Assembly: GCA_022706235.1 (NCBI GenBank)
Contig: JAKJCY010000001.1
Location: 19,592-83,591, forward strand
Reading direction: 5' to 3'
Source of the DNA: Candidatus Hydrogenedentota bacterium
GTDB lineage: Bacteria > Hydrogenedentota > Hydrogenedentia > Hydrogenedentales > CAITNO01
Length of the DNA: 64,000 nucleotides
Below, piece after piece: positions 48,063 through 57,649 of the stretch. The stretch's first letter is position 1, and the number at the start of each line of letters is the position of its first letter. The translations under genes were made by a program, and so were the position numbers. Below the pieces are notes generated by a model that did no database searches, was not told where the DNA came from, and worked only from the letters and a program-made list of their open reading frames with translations.

Positions 48063-49562
48063 TCAGTCAGGTGTCTCTGGTGCGGCAGGTTTAATGGTAA
48101 TGTCAGGACTGTCTTCATGTTCCTCCAGTACTTCCCGGATGGCGGCGGTTACTTCGGACCGTTTCACGGTAACCTGCGTAAGGCGCCCGGCCTTCAGATA
48201 GTCATCATGGTCAACAATATCACGGCGTAGTTGTTTGCCGGCTATCAGATTCTTGACGGACACTTCCCCCCGCTGCAATTCATCTTCCCCCAGTATTACA
48301 GCGACGGGTATCTCATAACGGTCGGCATCACTGAGCTGTTCGGCCATATTCTTTTTGCCGCCAAGATAGGTCAGGGTGTTAAATCCGGCCGACCGCAATT
48401 CCGTGGCCAATTTCATGACTTCGACCTGGGCAACCTTGCCCACAGTGGCGATGCAGACCTGTGCCGTGCTCTTGGGACACGCCAGCAGGTCCAATTCCCG
48501 CAGTGCCATCATCAGGCGGTCCAGTCCTATGGACGCGCCTGTTGCGGGAATTTCCTGGGCAAGGAAGCGGCTGCACAACTCGTTGTAGCGCCCGCCGCCG
48601 CCTACCGAGCCTATGGACGGACAACCGATAATTTCTATTTCAAACACCGGTCCGGTGTAATAATCCAGTCCCCGGGTCAGGCTGGGATCAAACACCGCCT
48701 CCGTTTCTGAAATGCCCTGTGCGTCCAGGAAACCGGCCAGATCTGACATCTCCGCCAGGGCGTTTTGTGAATCGGCCGTCTCTGGCAGATTTAGTTTCAA
48801 TGCTTCCACGACCCCGTTCCTGGTCGGCGCCGTTATACCTATAAAGGTGATAATTTTTTCTATCAGGGATTCGGACAGGTGCACGCCGGGAATGGGGTCG
48901 CCGGAATCATCCACGCGGCCCTCCCCCAATTCCGCGCGTACATTGTCCAGGCCGACCTTGCTTAGTTTGTCGACAACACGCAGGGTATGCTTTATTGTAT
49001 CCGCCTCCACCATATTGTTGCCCAGAAGCAAGGCATCCATCAGCCGACGGTTGCTGATACGCACCCGGTAGAGCGCCCCCGTGTCGCGCCGCAGTCCCAA
49101 CGCGCGCATTGCTTCGCATAGCACGGTAATAATTTCCGCATCGGCGGCGAGGCTGCGTGCCCCTGCAATATCGATATCAAATTGGGTAAACTGACGATAG
49201 CGCCCCGGTCCCGGCTTATCGGCCCTGAAAACGGGCCCCACATGATACCTGCGAAAGGGAAGTTTAATCTGGTCGCGATATTGACTGATTAGGCGTGCAA
49301 AGGGGACGGTAAGGTCAAAACGAAGCGCGGCCGCTTCCCCTTCGGGGGTGGTAAGCGTAAAGATTTCTTTGTTAACGTCCAAACCCGCGCTGCCCGTAAG
49401 CGTTTCCAGGGATTCCAGAACCGGCGTATCCATCTGGACAAATCCAAACCGTTCATAGACTTGACGGATTCGTTCAATGACCGCGGATCTGGCAATCATT
49501 TCTTCAGGGAAAAAGTCCTGAAATCCTTTTAGAATTTGTGCTGTGATTCGTTTTTGTTTCAT
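48063..49562 (-). CDS. hisS: histidine--tRNA ligase
   Basis: ILKGFQDFFPEE, RRYHVGPVFRADKPGPGRYRQFTQFDIDIAG and GGGRYN. Confidence 0.9.
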   Translation of the reverse strand: MKQKRITAQILKGFQDFFPEEMIARSAVIERIRQVYERFGFVQMDTPVLESLETLTGSAGLDVNKEIFTLTTPEGEAAALRFDLTVPFARLISQYRDQIKLPFRRYHVGPVFRADKPGPGRYRQFTQFDIDIAGARSLAADAEIITVLCEAMRALGLRRDTGALYRVRISNRRLMDALLLGNNMVEADTIKHTLRVVDKLSKVGLDNVRAELGEGRVDDSGDPIPGVHLSESLIEKIITFIGITAPTRNGVVEALKLNLPETADSQNALAEMSDLAGFLDAQGISETEAVFDPSLTRGLDYYTGPVFEIEIIGCPSIGSVGGGGRYNELCSRFLAQEIPATGASIGLDRLMMALRELDLLACPKSTAQVCIATVGKVAQVEVMKLATELRSAGFNTLTYLGGKKNMAEQLSDADRYEIPVAVILGEDELQRGEVSVKNLIAGKQLRRDIVDHDDYLKAGRLTQVTVKRSEVTAAIREVLEEHEDSPDITIKPAAPETPD

Positions 49563-49662
49563 GGAATTATGCCTTGGAACCCCGTAAAAAAAGGTGTTAA
49601 ACAGTCAAACCCGGGAAGAACCATGCCGTATTCATGACCATTGTGCAGTTTCCTCTCGAAAC

Positions 49663-51870
49663 CTATTCCTCGGGCGCAGCCCGAATGATAAGTTTTTGGC
49701 CGATATGGATGGTGGATTTCTTGGTCAGCTGATTCCATTTGAGCAGGTCGTCAAGTTTAATCTTGTACTTTCTGGCAATATCATAGGGATTATCGCCTGC
49801 CACAACGACATGGATGCCTTCCTCTGGCGTGCTTACTGTTGACTCCGCTTTTTCTTCGGGCTTCTCTTCCTTAACGGATTTTTTCTTCTCCGGAGCCGGT
49901 TGTGGTTTCAATTCCGGTTGCACTTCCATTTCCACTTCCGGCGCTGCGGATTCCCCTTCGGGAACAAGTTCGCCCTCCGGACCTTCGCCCTCCGGAATTT
50001 CAGCCGGTATTTCGGGTTGCGGCAGAATTTCGGGGGCTTCTTGCGGTACGTCCGCCTGTGCGGCGGATTTCAGACATAACCCTCTGGCTTCCGCCAGAGC
50101 GGCGATTGCGCCGGCTTCTATTTTGCGTTCCGCCTTTTCCATAAGTTCGGCTTCTTCAACCAGGCGGCGCACCTCGCTCAGAATCCAATCGCCGCGTTCC
50201 CGTGATTTTGCCGTACCGGCCGAACCTGTAAGATACAGGGACTGGGACTCTTCCGTTCTGGAAAGGGTGTCTCGGAGGGGATCCATGAAAAGTTCTCCTC
50301 GGTCTTCTTCCAGTATAGCCATGGTCTTGGCCATCTCGGTTATCAACAGGATGGCGGGTACGATAATGTGCTTGGGAACCTGCCGGGTGTGCCACTGTTC
50401 CTCCAAACCGGGAATGGCGCTCATCAATTCCAGGAACCGCAACCGGCCACTGCTCGAACCGGATTCCGACGCCGCTTTCTGGACCAGTTCCACGAGCGTT
50501 GGCGGCAGGTTTTGAACGAGTTCCCCTTGGGCCAGAAAATACCGGACCTGTATGTTCAGTTCATTGGCGGCGGCATCCCCCAGAAGAGCCCCGCCCGTTC
50601 CCTTCAGATATACGGGAACAGGTCCGCAGTCGATCTTCACGGTCGTTTCGTTAGAGGTATCAAGTTTTAGCAAGTTACCAAAGGCGTCATAAAGTTCCAG
50701 GTTTGTGGCGCCGCTTACCGGAAGATTGATGGAATCCCCTGTTTTCTTTGACCAGATTACCGCCAACCAGTTGGCGCCATCGCGAAAAAGCGGGGCGCGC
50801 ACTTGTGAGTGAACCACGCAATCGCCCACATAGGCATGTCCTGAAAAATGCAGGGCGAGCCCGTTGAGAAAGGCCAGCATCTCCTGTACCCCCATATCAT
50901 CCGCAAAAACGGACGCATTAAGCCCTATATGGGATGCGCCTGCGGAACGATACTCACAAAAATGCTGCAGAAACGCAGCGGCGCTTTGACCAGACCGAGG
51001 ATACCAAAGGGGGTTGGCAACATGTACCTGCAGACCTTCAATTCCGTACTGTGCGGCGATATACCGTATGCGGTGCACTTCGCTTGCATCAGGCCATTCA
51101 GCGGAGGTCAGGGAAACATGCTTCGGAGACAAGTTTGGGGACTGGGCCATCAACTGGCTGAAATATTTAGCGTCCGGCACCGACAGTGCCATGCCTGCCG
51201 GACATTCAGTCTGTCGGAAGGCATCCATGAGAGAGGCACACTCTTGCTCAATGTCCCGGCAGTCGATTTCAAACCGGACAATATTTTCACATCGCGCTTC
51301 TATTACTTCCGCCAGGTATTCCGGCGCTTGCTGCAGTTGCTGAGGTGACAGGCTAAGGATAAGGTGTAAGCCAAGCAGCGAGGCCTCATCGGTAAGCGCA
51401 TTTAAGAATTCACTGCTCGCCAGGAAATGAATGGTTTCTATCCCCACACTTTTCGCCGCGGTCAGGACACAGGCCTCGCTGTCCCCTCCGCAATGGGCAT
51501 AAAGCGGAATGTGTTGCAGCGAGGCGGGACGGTCTATGCGGCAAAACCGCGTTTCCTTCTTGTATTCTTCCCCGTTGCAGACAAGATTGACTTCAAGCGT
51601 GTAGTAGCCCCGTGCTTGGGGCGGTTCCTCTATAACGTACCAGTAGGGACTGTCCGCATAAACCTGAAACGGCGTGATGGCAATCTCGGTCCGCTCGCCT
51701 GATCGGGAGGAACTGAACTTCAGGTTTCCGGTAATCTGAACATCCGTATCCGAGTAAATTTCCAGGATTAAGGGATCATCGCAATACACAAAAGGTATGG
51801 GCTGATCGGGGGCGATCGTTACTTCAACCGCCGCGGGTATGCATAAAAGAATAAGGGTTGTTGCTATCAT
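49663..51870 (-). CDS. secreted hypothetical protein with a C-terminal LysM domain
   Basis: LysM: VVVAGDNPYDIARKYKIKLDDLLKWNQLTKKSTIHIGQKLII. A proline/glutamate-rich linker precedes it. Confidence 0.6.
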   Translation of the reverse strand: MIATTLILLCIPAAVEVTIAPDQPIPFVYCDDPLILEIYSDTDVQITGNLKFSSSRSGERTEIAITPFQVYADSPYWYVIEEPPQARGYYTLEVNLVCNGEEYKKETRFCRIDRPASLQHIPLYAHCGGDSEACVLTAAKSVGIETIHFLASSEFLNALTDEASLLGLHLILSLSPQQLQQAPEYLAEVIEARCENIVRFEIDCRDIEQECASLMDAFRQTECPAGMALSVPDAKYFSQLMAQSPNLSPKHVSLTSAEWPDASEVHRIRYIAAQYGIEGLQVHVANPLWYPRSGQSAAAFLQHFCEYRSAGASHIGLNASVFADDMGVQEMLAFLNGLALHFSGHAYVGDCVVHSQVRAPLFRDGANWLAVIWSKKTGDSINLPVSGATNLELYDAFGNLLKLDTSNETTVKIDCGPVPVYLKGTGGALLGDAAANELNIQVRYFLAQGELVQNLPPTLVELVQKAASESGSSSGRLRFLELMSAIPGLEEQWHTRQVPKHIIVPAILLITEMAKTMAILEEDRGELFMDPLRDTLSRTEESQSLYLTGSAGTAKSRERGDWILSEVRRLVEEAELMEKAERKIEAGAIAALAEARGLCLKSAAQADVPQEAPEILPQPEIPAEIPEGEGPEGELVPEGESAAPEVEMEVQPELKPQPAPEKKKSVKEEKPEEKAESTVSTPEEGIHVVVAGDNPYDIARKYKIKLDDLLKWNQLTKKSTIHIGQKLIIRAAPEE

Positions 51871-52482
51871 TCAGTTCACCAAAAACGGGTTTGAACGCCG
51901 TTCCTTGCCGATGGTTGTTTCTGGTCCGTGCCCGCTATATACCACCGTATCATCCGGCAAATCGAGCAACTGTTCACGAATACTCTTGAGCAGTTGACGC
52001 ATGCTGCCGCCGGGCAGATCGGTCCGTCCTACGCTGCCGGAGAAGAGCACATCGCCTACCAGCGCGATTCCATCGGTAATTAGAACGACATGGCCGGGCG
52101 AATGGCCAGGCGTATGCCGCACTTGGAACACGGTACCGCCCACGGTAATTGTGTCTCCATGGTTGATAAAACGGTCCGGAGCCGGAGAGGGCGGAAAATA
52201 AACACCAAACATGCTTCCTTGTTCTGAAAGGGTGTTCAACAGGGGCAGGTCCGCTTCATGACAGACCAGGGGCGCTCCTGTAAGCGCCACAATCTCCGCA
52301 TTGCCCCCGGAATGGTCACAGTGGCAATGCGTGTTAAGAATCATGGTTACGCTGCACCCTGACAGATATTTCTTCAATTCAGGGGTAGCTTCCCCGGGGT
52401 CAATGACAATAGCTTCGTCACCCTCTTTGACGACATAGCAGTTTGTATAGAAGGGAGTTACTGGAAAAACCGTAATTTCCAC
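51871..52482 (-). CDS. MBL-fold metallo-hydrolase (glyoxalase II-like)
   Basis: THCHCDHSGG matches HxHxDH. HTPGHSPGH is also present. Confidence 0.8.
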   Translation of the reverse strand: MEITVFPVTPFYTNCYVVKEGDEAIVIDPGEATPELKKYLSGCSVTMILNTHCHCDHSGGNAEIVALTGAPLVCHEADLPLLNTLSEQGSMFGVYFPPSPAPDRFINHGDTITVGGTVFQVRHTPGHSPGHVVLITDGIALVGDVLFSGSVGRTDLPGGSMRQLLKSIREQLLDLPDDTVVYSGHGPETTIGKERRSNPFLVN

Positions 52483-52661
52483 AAGATGATTCTCCTTTGT
52501 CCAGTATATTCCTGTCTTTCAATACGGAAGGCCACATCCGTGGCTCTTTACAAACACTCTATTGTATCAGAAAATGGTAGTGTACCTCCCCTGCACAAGT
52601 GTTCCAGCCATGGGCCCGTGTTACGAGCCCGCAGCGATTGGCGCCGCAGTCCCGGGCAGGT

Positions 52662-55097
52662 TCAGGTTTTTCCCGTTGAAATATGGTGTTGTGCCTCCTC
52701 AAAATAGTAGCGGGCACAGTGCAAGTGGGGATTCTGTTCCAGTAAAGACGACCATTCCTGCAGCCGCCTTCGCGTTCCGCCGCGTTCCTGAAAAAAACGG
52801 TCGAGCCGGGCAAAAAGCACGAAGGTGTCCGGATAGTACTCCAGCAGGTTCAAACATGTTTTAAGGGCAACTTCCGATTGTCCTGTCTTATCTAGTATTT
52901 CCGCCTTAAGAAATGTAAATTGAATGCTTTGGGGTCTATTGGACAAAACTTTGTCCACCAGCGCAAGCGCCTCTTCATACTTCTCCTGGTTCCGCAGATT
53001 CTGTATATCCATTTCCATGATAAAGGGTTGGAATTCCCCATAAATGCGATAAGGACGCCATTCCACTCCAGCCCAAGGTATTTTGAGGTGCTGATTGGCT
53101 ATGAAAAGTTCTTCCTTTTCAGGGATGGCCATATTTACCAGCAACCCCAAATCATCGGGGTTTTCTACCTGATGAAATCCCTGGAATAAATGGGCTTGTT
53201 CTCTGGGAAGGGAAATACCCACAAAATGGTTCCAATTGGTACAGGTCGTTACTTCATGCACCGGGAAAAAATAGCGCAAAGAAACACCGTTTACATCCGG
53301 AGACACTGCAAATGTGGTCGGTGCACTGAAATCCCAGGAAAGCCCTTCCCACTCATAAATGAGTTTAATATCGAGGGGTTCTTTTACATCCTTGAAGAAC
53401 GCGGCGAGGTGACGTGTTTCACTATCCACTATCAGCCCCATGTTCTGGCACAAGCGGCATTTTCGCCCCGCAGTGGGTATAAATACCTCCCGGCCATCCC
53501 AATTCGCTACACGATGCGGGATGGGATTTAACGGTGTATCACGATAACTGTCTCTCAAGGCGATGACCCGGCTGTGTTGCCAGGCACGTGCAAGGACAAG
53601 GGGCGTATAAAACAATGCGATGGTAACCAGTGCCCACAATGCCGCCCGCACGAAAGCCCGGGGAAGGCTGCCCGCAAAAGATGGTGCCTGCAAACCCATG
53701 CGCGTCCGAAGCTTGCCCGGAAGAAAGGCGGCAATTCCCCGGTATAAACAGTGAAAGCAGAGCCCCGCGAAGAAATAGGGTATAAAACTCATATGGAAGG
53801 CATGCCTAAAGGCGAATTGAATACTGGTGTAGCCGCAGAAATAGCAGAGCATGACCAGGACCAACCACGCTCGAACCGGCGTTTGACCTGCAATGAATAA
53901 CAATCCCGCAATCAAGAACCATAGTCCCCGTTCTTCAACGAACCTGGCCAAAGCATATTTAGCGGGTACAATGGATGTTGCCATGCGCAGTACGGCGGCA
54001 TAAGCACGCGCAAGCATATCCCCGGGAAAAGTATTGATAATCTCAGTTACATAGGCACGCTTCATTGCAAAGTCAAAATCCGGATCATTGCATAGTTTGG
54101 AATAAACCTCAGGAGGAAAGGTAACGCCTCGCCGGGCGAGGTCATGTGCCTTAAGCGTACAGAAGAGGTCATTAAGCAAATAATGCTTTTCATACGAGGC
54201 AGGCTCTAAAAGCCCCAACTCATGGTCTGAGTAGGAAGCGAATCCCATAATCGTGTCATGGGCGGCAACATACCCGTCCCTGATAAGGGCCTTATGAACA
54301 GGGAGGCCTGAGATGAAAAACAGGACGATGAGCGCCGTAGCCGCACCTAGACGTATTACAACGGGGTGCGCCGTGTCGCGTATCCTGCCAACCATCAGAA
54401 AGAAAAGGCTCACAGGCAGGAAAACCATCATATCCCGTCTGAAGCCCATTCCAATTCCCAAGAGTAAACCGGCAAGCAAGGCAACGGTGAGGTAAACGCG
54501 GGTACCGGTCTTTCCTCGTACTGTTATTCCCAGCAAAAAAATCAAAGCCAGTATAAAAGGAGCCTTGGCAAAGTCCCTGAGGATTGGAAGAGTCCATAAC
54601 ACCGGTTGCGCGAATGCAAAACCCAGTGCGGCAAAAAAACTGAACGCGGGATTCATTGCCAGCCGGCATATGCCGTATACAGAAAGGACAGACGCGCAAA
54701 AGAAAAACAAAATAAGGAGTTTCATCGCATCCCATGAAACACCAAAAAAGCGCCAAATAGCAGCCACGGAATAAATGAGGTAGCGGTGATATTCCTGAAA
54801 CGGATGGAGAGGTATATTTCGGATATCCTGGCGTATCACGTTACAGTCAAAATTTGGCGCCTGGAAATCCAGAAATGCCCGCAGGGACGGTGTTTCCGAA
54901 GGTTCCGTATTGGTAAAGCCTTTTCCTGCGTTCATCATGATGGCAGGAACAAACAGGTCATTGGTAAGCGATCCGGCCGGACCGCTCCAGCCCTCCAATC
55001 GCTGTTGGCCGACATGCCAAGTTATGACAGTCAGCAGGGCCAGGAAAATCATTTCGAAGAAAAAGGGCGGGAAAAACTTTGACAAGCACTTTTTCAT
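52662..55097 (-). CDS. multi-pass membrane protein with a C-terminal TPR region
   Basis: About 12 hydrophobic segments in the first ~480 aa. The C-terminal part ends in TPR-like repeats (EEALALVDKVLSNRPQSIQFTFLKAEILDKTGQSEVALKTCLNLLEYYPD). Confidence 0.5.
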   Translation of the reverse strand: MKKCLSKFFPPFFFEMIFLALLTVITWHVGQQRLEGWSGPAGSLTNDLFVPAIMMNAGKGFTNTEPSETPSLRAFLDFQAPNFDCNVIRQDIRNIPLHPFQEYHRYLIYSVAAIWRFFGVSWDAMKLLILFFFCASVLSVYGICRLAMNPAFSFFAALGFAFAQPVLWTLPILRDFAKAPFILALIFLLGITVRGKTGTRVYLTVALLAGLLLGIGMGFRRDMMVFLPVSLFFLMVGRIRDTAHPVVIRLGAATALIVLFFISGLPVHKALIRDGYVAAHDTIMGFASYSDHELGLLEPASYEKHYLLNDLFCTLKAHDLARRGVTFPPEVYSKLCNDPDFDFAMKRAYVTEIINTFPGDMLARAYAAVLRMATSIVPAKYALARFVEERGLWFLIAGLLFIAGQTPVRAWLVLVMLCYFCGYTSIQFAFRHAFHMSFIPYFFAGLCFHCLYRGIAAFLPGKLRTRMGLQAPSFAGSLPRAFVRAALWALVTIALFYTPLVLARAWQHSRVIALRDSYRDTPLNPIPHRVANWDGREVFIPTAGRKCRLCQNMGLIVDSETRHLAAFFKDVKEPLDIKLIYEWEGLSWDFSAPTTFAVSPDVNGVSLRYFFPVHEVTTCTNWNHFVGISLPREQAHLFQGFHQVENPDDLGLLVNMAIPEKEELFIANQHLKIPWAGVEWRPYRIYGEFQPFIMEMDIQNLRNQEKYEEALALVDKVLSNRPQSIQFTFLKAEILDKTGQSEVALKTCLNLLEYYPDTFVLFARLDRFFQERGGTRRRLQEWSSLLEQNPHLHCARYYFEEAQHHISTGKT

Positions 55098-55106
55098 ACC
55101 TGCCTT

Positions 55107-56405
55107 CTATTCCTGGGAACGGATGATGCCGCCCATTTCCGCAAAAATACCTGCGGGGTCGCCATGATAAAGATCACTGGCCGCAAATGTGGCGCGGTCT
55201 GTCTGAATTTCCACCGCGCATACGGGGGGCTTCCCGGCTTTTTTCCCCTCTTCCAGGAAGAGATAGCCTCGGAAATGGATGGCGGCAAGAGATACGGCAA
55301 CATCGACAGTAAACAATTCGTGAAACGTACGCAGGGGCAATTCATGAAGTAAGCGCGCATAGAGGATATCCCGCTCTCGGTCGGAAAGAATCAGTTCCTG
55401 AAATTGCTTTTTGTCCTCGTCATATAAGACCCGGGCCAACCGGGGCAGGGCGCGCAGTGGCGGCAAAATGTAATTGACTATGAGTATGCGGTTATCCGTG
55501 TCGTAATCCATGTCAAAGGTATGTGGAAAATAGAAGGGGTACTTGGAACGTGAAAGCGCCATGTCAAAGTAGTCAAGCACCGCATGAGGCTCGTGTTCCA
55601 GGTAGGCTGCCTTTTTAGAGTCGACGATTTGGACACAGGCTTCGCGTTCCTTTAAATAGGCGTTCCTGCCCCGTTCCCAAGCCATTACTTGTTGCTGATA
55701 CCTGTTCCTGAGCGTTTCAACAGTCCCCTTATACGTCTCCATCTGCTGCTGGTATTTATAGCGGGCTTGCAGGCAGAGCCGTTCCCACTGGGTATGGACT
55801 GCCTCAAACCTCCTCCGAGCGTCTTCCTCCTTTTGTGCGCGACGCGTGTGCAGCAGTTTATCCATGGTTTCCAGTTTGGGAAGAAAATCGGGATCCGTTA
55901 ACTGGGGCTCCCGTGGAATCTGGAATTTTGGCGGAGATGCCGGATATTCGGGGACAACAGGCTTTGGGAAAGGGTATTCAGGAAACTTTTTGAAGAACTC
56001 CCAGTCATAATCTGAAGGCGCGCCAAGTCCCACGGTAAGAACACGATAGGAACGGGCCAGTTCCTGCTGGGCGATTTGCGTGCGCCCTTCGGCAATCTTC
56101 AGCTTCTGGCGTGTCTTGAGGTCGGTTCGCTTGGCATTCATTTCGAAGCCGAGTTTTTTGTGTTTATACGCGTTACGTTCCCTCGACAGCCCGTCCCAGA
56201 GCATATCCTGAAGCGTGGCTTTGTGTATGGCAAATTCGGGGGTGTCAGAAGATATATAGCGATGCTTTTGTAACGAGGCGTAGACGACCGGCACGCGGTA
56301 ACGTTTCAGACCGGACGGCGTCGTGTATGTCTCCATCGCGGACTCGTCATACATGGCATTGAATACCTGGCTGCAAAACTCCGTAGATTCTCCCATTAAA
56401 ACCAC
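55107..56405 (-). CDS. hypothetical coiled-coil protein
   Basis: 432 aa with a central Q/R/E-rich helical region. Its stop lies 9 nt before the start of the 811-aa membrane protein gene. I cannot name a family with confidence. Confidence 0.5.
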   Translation of the reverse strand: MVLMGESTEFCSQVFNAMYDESAMETYTTPSGLKRYRVPVVYASLQKHRYISSDTPEFAIHKATLQDMLWDGLSRERNAYKHKKLGFEMNAKRTDLKTRQKLKIAEGRTQIAQQELARSYRVLTVGLGAPSDYDWEFFKKFPEYPFPKPVVPEYPASPPKFQIPREPQLTDPDFLPKLETMDKLLHTRRAQKEEDARRRFEAVHTQWERLCLQARYKYQQQMETYKGTVETLRNRYQQQVMAWERGRNAYLKEREACVQIVDSKKAAYLEHEPHAVLDYFDMALSRSKYPFYFPHTFDMDYDTDNRILIVNYILPPLRALPRLARVLYDEDKKQFQELILSDRERDILYARLLHELPLRTFHELFTVDVAVSLAAIHFRGYLFLEEGKKAGKPPVCAVEIQTDRATFAASDLYHGDPAGIFAEMGGIIRSQE

Positions 56406-56841
56406 ACCCTGTCGGAGAGGCGTCCGGCATGGGTTGCCTGCATATCATAACCGATTTAGTCCGGAGATTTCAGATATGTTGGCATAATACAGGAAGGCCC
56501 GGTATGCCATGAACCTGCACTGCATGGCTTCTTCTGAAATCAACGAGTAATCAATCCTACCAAAAACCGGCGGAAAATAAAACACTCCATTCATGAGAGG
56601 CAGCAGCCTCGTCTGTAGACAGGATTCCTGGCGGTGCCTTATCGTCGAGAAAATTCATGTCCTAAAAACAGCCTATTCCTGCCCGGAAGAAGAGGTACTT
56701 ACGGCGCAACTCTCTTTGTATCGGGTTGCTGGGAGCGCCGGCATCCTTCCCGGCAGTGATAATCATTTCGTCAAAACTCCGGCAAGGATACCGGCGCTAC
56801 CGGTATTTTCAAACTCATAATAAATTGTCAGCGAAATTGCC

Positions 56842-57648
56842 CTAAGCGCCTATGTTCCATCCATGGTGAAGGGGGCCGGTTCCATGTCCCACCTGTAATT
56901 TGCCACCTTGAAGAATCGCCTGGGTGAGATATTCCTTGGCCAATTGCACCGCCCGGGGAAGCGTTTCCTGCCGGGACAGGAAGCACGCGATAGCGGCGGA
57001 ATAGGTGCAACCTGTTCCATGCGTATGAGTGGTGACAATGCGTGGAGACGGATAAACCTGGATGTCGCGGCCGTCATAGAGAAAATCATTGGCGTCGGAG
57101 GATTCCAGGTGCCCGCCTTTGAGCAGCACATATTGAGGTCCCAGCGCATACAAGTGCTTTAAGACGGTTTCGATATCCTTTTCATCGTGGATTGAAACGC
57201 CCGTCAAGGCTTCCGCTTCGGGTATGTTGGGACAGACTACCGTCGCCATTGGAATAAGATGTTCTTTCATGGTTTCGACCGCGTCCTCCCGCAACAGGAC
57301 GGCACCGCTTTTGGAAATCATGACCGGGTCTACGACCAGGTTGATCGCGTGATGTTTTTTCAGTGCTTGGGCTGTTCCCCGAACAAGAGCGGCATTGGCG
57401 AGCATGCCCGTCTTTACAGCATCCACCCCGATATCTTCGTAGACTGCATCGATCTGCGCCTGTACCTGAGCCAAAGGCAAGTCGAAAACAGAGCGCACGC
57501 CGACGGTATTCTGTGCGGTAATGGCGGTGATGGCCGTCATACCATAACAGCCCAGGGCGGTGCATGTTTTTATGTCAGCCTGTATTCCCGCTCCCCCCCC
57601 GCTGTCGCTTCCTGCTATGGAGAGAACCCGGCCTGTTACAGGGTGCAC
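56842..57648 (-). CDS. thiD: hydroxymethylpyrimidine / phosphomethylpyrimidine kinase
   Basis: VLSIAGSDSGGGAGIQADIKT and THGTGCTYSAAIA. A GTG start lies 1 nt after the topA stop. Confidence 0.9.
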   Translation of the reverse strand: MHPVTGRVLSIAGSDSGGGAGIQADIKTCTALGCYGMTAITAITAQNTVGVRSVFDLPLAQVQAQIDAVYEDIGVDAVKTGMLANAALVRGTAQALKKHHAINLVVDPVMISKSGAVLLREDAVETMKEHLIPMATVVCPNIPEAEALTGVSIHDEKDIETVLKHLYALGPQYVLLKGGHLESSDANDFLYDGRDIQVYPSPRIVTTHTHGTGCTYSAAIACFLSRQETLPRAVQLAKEYLTQAILQGGKLQVGHGTGPLHHGWNIGA

Positions 57649-57649
57649 A

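Noticed and set aside
56406-56841. TPP riboswitch or small gene in the 436-nt gap downstream of thiD
   Set aside because: There is no THI-box-like CTGAGA...ACCTGA elements, and the gap is downstream of thiD, not upstream. Only short ORFs of about 33 aa without RBS are present. An ATACCGG/CCGGTAT hairpin exists but is not followed by a T-run on the thiD strand.
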